Assembly (NCBI GenBank): GCA_965208125.1
Contig: OZ242320.1
Location: 1,664,001-1,728,000 of the forward strand
Source of the DNA: Candidatus Latescibacterota bacterium
Lineage (GTDB): Bacteria > Latescibacterota > UBA2968
Direction: 5' to 3'
DNA: 64,000 bases
Shown: in pieces, positions 37,401 through 46,400 of the stretch
Position numbering within the stretch: the first letter of the stretch is position 1
Layout: each line of letters starts with the position of its first letter
Program-made: the position numbers and the translations under genes
Notes under the pieces: generated by a model
The model's input: only the letters and a program-made list of their open reading frames with translations
Told to the model about the DNA's origin: nothing
Database searches by the model: none

Positions 37401-40400
37401 GAGCACGGCGCAGACGGTTACAGTGACAGGTGTGGATAATCAGCTTGATGATGGCACAAGTCGTAGTGCAACGGTTGAACACACCGTCAGTGGTGCAGAT
37501 TATGCAGGTGAAGATGCTTCAGATGTGGATGTGACTGTGACAGATGACGATGCAGCACCTACCTTCTCTATCGCAGATGTGAGTGTCACCGAAGGCAGTG
37601 CAGCCACATTCACCGTAACCCGCAGTGGTGCAACAGGCACGGCGGTCTCTGTGAAGTGGAACACCGCCGATGATGCAAGTGGCACAGACCCAGCAGAATC
37701 GAATGACTATACAGCACAGACGAGCAAGCAGACGTTGAATTTTGCGATAGGTGATGCCAGTAAGACCTTCACGGTTGCCACGACGAATGATGCTGTGGAT
37801 GAAGGTGATGAGACGTTCCTTGTCCAACTGAGTGAGGCTACTGGTGCGACCATCTCCGATGCAGAGGCCGTAGGAACCATTACGGATAATGATACGAAAG
37901 GAGTGACGGTAGCTCCGACAAGTCTGACCGTGACGGAAGCGGCAGGCAGTACACGCACAGCAACCTATACGGTGGTGCTGACTTCACAGCCTACTGGCAA
38001 TGTAACAGTAGAAGTAGAAAGTGACGATACAGATATAGCGACGGTGGATGAATCAACATTGACCTTTTCGACAAGCACCTGGAGCACAGCGCAGACGGTT
38101 ACAGTGACGGGAGTGGATAATAATGTAGATGATGGCACAAGTCGTAGTGCAACGGTTGAACACACCGTCAGTGGAGCGGACTATGCAGGTGAAGATGCTT
38201 CAGATGTGGATGTGACTGTAACCGATGACGATGCAGCACCTACTTTCTCTATTGCAGATGTAAGTGTCACCGAAGGTAGTGCAGCCACGTTCACCGTAAC
38301 ACGAAGTGGTGCGACAGGCACGACGGTCTCTGTCAAATGGAACACCGCCAATGATGCAACCGGTGATGATCCGGCAGAGGCCAATGACTACACAGCACAA
38401 ACAACGAAACAGACACTGAGCTTTGGTGCGAATGATGCGATTAAGACCTTCACGGTTGCCACGACGAATGATGCTGTGGATGAGGATGATGAGACGTTCC
38501 TTGTCCAACTGAGTGAGGCCAGCGCAGGCACATCAATCACCGATGCAGAGGCCGTAGGGACAATCACGGATAATGATACGAAAGGTGTGACGGTAGATCC
38601 TACAAGTCTGACCGTGACGGAGGCTGCTGGCACCACACGCACAGCAACCTATACGGTGGTGCTTACGAGCCAGCCGACGGGCAACGTGACAGTAGAAGTA
38701 GCAAGTGATGACACAGACGCAGCGACAGTGGATAAGTCCCGTTTGACCTTCTCGACAAGCAACTGGAGCACAGCACAGACAGTGACCGTGACAGGTGTGG
38801 ATAATAATGTAGATGATGGCACAAGTCGTAGTGCAACGGTTGAACACACGGTCAGTGGAGCGGACTATGCAGGTGAAGATGCTTCAGATGTGGATGTGAC
38901 TGTGACTGATGACGATGCAGCACCTACCTTCTCTATCGCAGATGTAAGTGTCACCGAAGGCAGTGCAGCCACATTCACCGTGACCCGCAATGGTGCGACA
39001 GGCACGGCGGTCTCTGTCAAATGGAACACCGCCAATGATGCAAGTGGCACAGACCCGGCAGAATCGAATGACTACACAGCACAAACAACGAAGCAGACAT
39101 TGAGCTTTGGTGTGGGTATAACGAGTCTAACGTTTAGTGTTCAGACAACGAATGATTCTGTGGATGAGGATGATGAGACGTTCCTTGTGGAACTGAGTGA
39201 GGCCAGCGCAGGCACATCAATCACCGATGCAGAGGCCGTAGGCACCATTACCGATAACGATACAAAAGGAGTGACGGTAACACCTACAAGTGTGACTGTG
39301 ACGGAGGCAGCGGGCACCACGCGCACGGCAACTTATACGGTGGTGCTGACTTCGCAACCTACGGGCAATGTAACAGTAGAAGTCGCCAGTGACGATACAG
39401 ACGCAGCGACGGTGGATAAGTCCCGTTTGACCTTCTCGACAAGCACCTGGAGCACGGCGCAGACAGTGACCGTGACAGGTGTGGATAATCAGCTTGATGA
39501 TGGAGCCAGTCGCAGTGCGACGATTGAACACATGGTCAGTGGAGCGGACTATGCAGGTGAAGATGCTTCAGATGTGGATGTGACTGTAACCGATGATGAT
39601 ACGGCTCCCGCGTTTTCAATAGGTGATGTGAGTGTCACCGAAGGCAGTGTAGCCACATTCACCGTAACCCGTTCAGGTGCTCTTGGCAGTGTTGCATCCG
39701 TGAAGTGGAACACAGCCGATGATGCCAGTGGCACAGACCCAGCAGAATCGAATGACTACACAGCACAGACGACGAAGCAGACATTGAGCTTTGGTGCGAA
39801 TGATGCGATTAAGACCTTCACGGTTGCCACGACGAATGATGCTGTGGATGAGGATGATGAAACCTTCCTTGTGCAACTGAGTGAGGCGAGCACAGGCACA
39901 TCAATCACCGATGCAGAGGCCGTAGGAACCATTACGGATAATGATACAAAAGGTGTGACAGTAGCTCCGACGAGTGTGACCGTAACAGAAGCGGCAGGCA
40001 ACACACGCACGGCGACTTATACGGTGGTGCTTACGAGCCAGCCTACTGGCAATGTAACAGTAGAAGTCGCCAGTGATGACACAGACGCAGCAACGGTGGA
40101 TAAGTCCCGTTTGACCTTCTCGACAAGCACATGGAGCACAGCACAAACAGTGACCGTGACAGGTGTGGATAATAATGTAGATGATGGAGCCAGTCGTAGT
40201 GCAACGGTTGAACACACCGTCAGTGGAGCGGACTATGCTTCTGTAGATGCTTCGGATGTGGATGTGACTGTAACCGATGATGATGCGGCACCTACTTTCT
40301 CTATCGCAGATGTAAGTGTTACAGAAGGCAGTGCTGCCACATTCACCGTGACACGAAGTGGTGCAACGGGCACGGCGGTCTCTGTCAAGTGGAACACTGC

Positions 40401-43400
40401 CAATGATGCCAGTGGCACAGACCCAGCAGAAGCCAATGACTATACGGCGGTTTCTACGAAACAGACATTGAGCTTTGGTGTGGGTGTAACGAGTCAGACG
40501 TTTAATGTTCAGACAACGAATGATTCTGTGGATGAGGATGATGAGACGTTCCTTGTGCAATTAAGCGAGGCGAGCACAGGCACATCAATCACCGATGCAG
40601 AGGCCGTAGGGACAATCACGGATAATGATACAAAAGGTGTGACAGTAGCTCCGACGAGTCTGACCGTGACGGAGGCAGCAGGCAACACACGCACAGCGAC
40701 TTATACGGTGGTGCTGACTTCGCAGCCTACTGGCAGCGTGACCGTGGCAGTAGAAAGTGATGACACAGATGCAGCAACGGTGGATGAATCAACATTGACC
40801 TTCTCGACCAGTGATTGGAGCACGGCGCAGACAGTGACCGTGACAGGTGTGGATAATCAGCTTGATGATGGAGCCAGTCGCAGTGCGACGATTGAACACA
40901 TGGTCAGTGGAGCGGACTATGCAGGTGAAGATGCTTCAGATGTGGATGTGACTGTAACCGATGATGATACGGCTCCCGCGTTTTCAATAGGTGATGTGAG
41001 TGTCACCGAAGGCAGTGTAGCCACATTCACCGTAACCCGTTCAGGTGCTCTTGGCAGTGTTGCATCCGTGAAGTGGAACACAGCCGATGATGCAAGTGGC
41101 ACAGACCCGGCAGAATCGAATGACTACACAGCACAGACGAGCAAGCAGACATTGAGCTTTGGTGCGAATGATGCGATTAAGACCTTCACGGTTGCCACGA
41201 CGAATGATGCTGTGGATGAAGATGATGAGACGTTCCTTGTCCAACTGAGTGAGGCCACTGGTGCGACCATCTCCGATGCAGAGGCCGTAGGCACCATTAC
41301 CGATAACGATACAAAAGGAGTGACGGTAACACCTACAAGTCTGACCGTGACGGAGGCAGCAGGCAACACACGCACAGCAACTTATACAGTGGTGCTGACT
41401 TCACAGCCGACTGGTAGTGTGACGATTGGTGTAGAAAGTGATGACACAGATGTAGCGACAGTGGATGAATCAACATTGACCTTCTCGACAAGCACCTGGA
41501 GCACAGCACAGACGGTTACAGTAACAGGTGTGGATAATCAGCTTGATGATGGAGCCAGTCGCGGTGCGACGATTGACCACGCGGTCAGTGGTGCAGATTA
41601 TGCATCTGTAGATGCTTCAGATGTGGATGTGACTGTAACCGATGACGATGCAGAACCTTCCTTTACGATAATTGAACCCATGCCAGTGGTCTCGATATCC
41701 CCTACGAGCCAGATAGAATCTGCGGGTACGATTGTGTTCTCAGTGCAATTGAGTAGAGCGAGCCAGCAGATCATAAAAATGTTATGCACGAGTGTAGATG
41801 AGACAGCAGTAGCTGGCGAGGACTACGAGGCAGCGATGGACACGCTGAAGATTGCTCCAAACACGATGTCTGGAGAGATTGAGATGCGGCTGTTTGACGA
41901 CGATGAAGTGGAGGGGGATGAGACCTTCAAGATGGTGCTGAGCGATTTGATGAATGCCGAGTTTGCAGGGAATGCACAAACAATATCTGAAAGGGCAACG
42001 ATAATAGATGACGATGAGCCTGATGTGATGGTTTCGTTTTACCAGTCGCATTATACTATCTCAGAAGGTGGCAAGGCAGTGCAAATACGTGTGGATATAT
42101 CTTCTGGCCTTGAAGATCGCGTGGAACTTCCGTTGTCGGTAGTACATCGCAATGGTGCGACAAAAGCGGACTATTCGGGCGTACCTGAAAAAATTGTCTT
42201 TGAGACATGGGATGATTTCAAGACATTTGAGGTTAGGGCAATTGATGATGACGATGACGATGACGATGAGGTCGTGATACTGGACTTTGACGCGCCGCTA
42301 CCAGATGGAATATCTACAGGCGGTTCCACTACCATAGAGATTATCGACAATGACGACCCCCTTGTGACTGTTTTTTATGGAAAAGAAAACTATGAAATCG
42401 TCGAGGGTGGCACCAAAAAGTTACTGAGTGTGCATTTGAGTGCAGCCCCTCTGCGCCGCGTAGAAATACCTCTGTTGGCGGTACCTGCCAATGGTGCGAC
42501 ACAGGCAGACTATTCACCTATACCTGAGCGCATCATTTTTATGCCTGACCAGATCGAAAGAACGTTTGTGGTCAGTGCGATTGATGATGATGACGACGAT
42601 GATGGTGAGACCGTGAGTCTGGGCTTTGGTCCACTACCAGATCGGGTGAATGAGGGCAGTTTATCTACTTTACATATCATAGATAATGACAATCCTGTTG
42701 TGACTGTTTCGTTTGACCAGTCACATTACATAGCAACAGAGGGTGAGGGTGCAGTGACAATCACAGTATCCCTGAGTGCAGACCCAAAGCGCCGTGTAGA
42801 GATTCCACTATTGGTAACACCTGACAATGGCGCAACACAGGCAGACTATACAGATGTGCCTGAGCAGATTGTCTTTGATCGCGGAGAAACAAAGAAGACC
42901 TTTGACCTGATGGCTATTGACGATAATGTAGATGATGACGGCGAGACCATAACCCTCAACTTTGGCACATTGCCGGATGGGGTGAACAACGGTGGATCGG
43001 CATCTGTGGCTCTTGTCGATAACGATGACCCGGTTGTGACTGTTTCGTTTGATCAGTCGCATTACACGGCAACAGAAGGTGAGGGTGCAGTGACAATCAC
43101 AGTATCCCTGAGTGCAGACCCAAAGCGCCGTGTAGAGATTCCACTATTGGTAACACCTGACAATGGCGCAACACAGGCAGACTATACAGATGTGCCTGAG
43201 CAGATTGTCTTTGATCGCGGAGAAACAAAGAAGACCTTTGACCTGATGGCTATTGACGATAATGTAGATGATGACGGCGAGACCATAACCCTCAACTTTG
43301 GCACATTGCCGGATGGGGTGAACAACGGTGGATCGGCATCTGTGGCTCTTGTCGATAACGATGACCCGGTTGTGACTGTTTCGTTTGATCAGTCGCATTA

Positions 43401-46400
43401 CACGGCAACAGAAGGTGAGGGTGCAGTGACAATCACAGTATCCCTGAGTGCAGACCCAAAGCGCCGTGTAGAGATTCCACTATTGGTAACACCTGACAAT
43501 GGCGCAACACAGGCAGACTATACAGATGTGCCTGAGCAGATTGTCTTTGATCGCGGAGAAACAAAGAAGACCTTTGACCTGATGGCTATTGACGATAATG
43601 TAGATGATGACGGCGAGACCATAACCCTCAACTTTGGCACATTGCCGGATGGGGTGAACAACGGTGGATCGGCATCTGTGGCTCTTGTCGATAACGATGA
43701 CCCGGTTGTGACTGTTTCGTTTGATCAGTCGCATTACACGGCAACAGAAGGTGAGGGTGCAGTGACAATCACAGTATCCCTGAGTGCAGACCCAAAGCGC
43801 CGTGTAGAGATTCCACTATTGGTAACACCTGACAATGGCGCAACACAGGCAGACTATACAGATGTGCCTGAGCAGATTGTCTTTGATCGCGGAGAAACAA
43901 AGAAGACCTTTGACCTGATGGCTATTGACGATAATGTAGATGATGACGGCGAGACCATAACCCTCAACTTTGGCACATTGCCGGATGGGGTGAACAACGG
44001 TGGATCGGCATCTGTGGCTCTTGTCGATAACGATGACCCGGTTGTGACTGTTTCGTTTGATCAGTCGCATTACACGGCAACAGAAGGTGAGGGTGCAGTG
44101 ACAATCACAGTATCCCTGAGTGCAGACCCAAAGCGCCGTGTAGAGATTCCACTATTGGTAACACCTGACAATGGCGCAACACAGGCAGACTATACAGGTG
44201 TACCTGAGCAGATTGTCTTTGAAAGTGGCGAGACGGTCAAAACATTTGCTCTGCTTGCAACGGACGATGATGTAGATGATGACGGCGAGACAATAACCCT
44301 CAGATTTGGCACATTGCCGGATGGGGTGAATAACGGTGGATCGGCATCTGTGGCTCTTGTCGATAACGATGACCCTGTTGTGACTGTTTCGTTTGACCAG
44401 TCACATTACATAGCAACAGAGGGTGAGGGTACAGTGACAGTCACTGTATCCCTGAGTGCAGATCCCGAGCGCCGTGTAGAGATTCCACTATTGGTAACAC
44501 CTGACAATGGCGCAACACAGGCAGACTATACAGGTGTACCTGAGCAGATTGTCTTTGAAAGTGGCGAGACGGTCAAAACATTTGCTCTGCTTGCAACGGA
44601 CGATAATGTAGATGATGACGGTGAGACAATAACCCTCAACTTTGGCACATTGCCGGATGGGGTGAACAACGGTGGATCGGCATCTGTGGCTCTTGTCGAT
44701 AACGATGACCCGGTTGTGACTGTTTCGTTTGATCAGTCGCATTACACGGCAACAGAAGGTGAGGGTGCAGTGACAATCACAGTATCCCTGAGTGCAGACC
44801 CAAAGCGCCGTGTAGAGATTCCACTATTGGTAACACCTGACAATGGCGCAACACAGGCAGACTATACAGATGTGCCTGAGCAGATTGTCTTTGATCGCGG
44901 AGAAACAAAGAAGACCTTTGACCTGATGGCTATTGACGATAATGTAGATGATGACGGCGAGACCATAACCCTCAACTTTGGCACATTGCCGGATGGGGTG
45001 AACAACGGTGGATCGGCATCTGTGGCTCTTGTCGATAACGATGACCCGGTTGTGACTGTTTCGTTTGATCAGTCGCATTACACGGCAACAGAAGGTGAGG
45101 GTGCAGTGACAATCACAGTATCCCTGAGTGCAGACCCAAAGCGCCGTGTAGAGATTCCACTATTGGTAACACCTGACAATGGCGCAACACAGGCAGACTA
45201 TACAGGTGTACCTGAGCAGATTGTCTTTGAAAGTGGCGAGACGGTCAAAACATTTGCTCTGCTTGCAACGGACGATGATGTAGATGATGACGGCGAGACA
45301 ATAACCCTCAGATTTGGCACATTGCCGGATGGGGTGAATAACGGTGGATCGGCATCTGTGGCTCTTGTCGATAACGATGACCCTGTTGTGACTGTTTCGT
45401 TTGACCAGTCACATTACATAGCAACAGAGGGTGAGGGTACAGTGACAGTCACTGTATCCCTGAGTGCAGATCCCGAGCGCCGTGTAGAGATTCCACTATT
45501 GGTAACACCTGACAATGGCGCAACACAGGCAGACTATACAGGTGTACCTGAGCAGATTGTCTTTGAAAGTGGCGAGACGGTCAAAACATTTGCTCTGCTT
45601 GCAACGGACGATAATGTAGATGATGACGGTGAGACAATAACCCTCAACTTTGGCACATTGCCGGATGGGGTGAATAATGGCGGATCGGCATCTGTGGCTC
45701 TTGTCGATAACGATGACCCTGTTGTGACTGTTTCGTTTGACCAGTCACATTACATAGCAACAGAGGGTGAGGGTACAGTGACAGTCACTGTATCCCTGAG
45801 TGCAGATCCCGAGCGCCGTGTAGAGATTCCACTATTGGTAACACCTGACAATGGCGCAACACAGGCAGACTATACAGGTGTACCTGAGCAGATTGTCTTT
45901 GAAAGTGGCGAGACGGTCAAAACATTTGCTCTGCTTGCAACGGACGATAATGTAGATGATGACGGTGAGACAATAACCCTCAACTTTGGCACATTGCCGG
46001 ATGGGGTGAATAATGGCGGATCGGCATCTGTGGCTCTTGTCGATAACGATGACCCTGTTGTGACTGTTTCGTTTGACCAGTCACATTACATAGCAACAGA
46101 GGGTGAGGGTACAGTGACAGTCACTGTATCCCTGAGTGCAGATCCCGAGCGCCGTGTAGAGATTCCACTATTGGTAACACCTGACAATGGCGCAACACAG
46201 GCAGACTATACAGGTGTACCTGAGCAGATTGTCTTTGAAAGTGGCGAGACGGTCAAAACATTTGCTCTGCTTGCAACGGACGATAATGTAGATGATGACG
46301 GTGAGACAATAACCCTCAACTTTGGCACATTGCCGGATGGGGTGAATAATGGCGGATCGGCATCTGTGGCTCTTGTCGATAACGATGACCCTGTTGTGAC

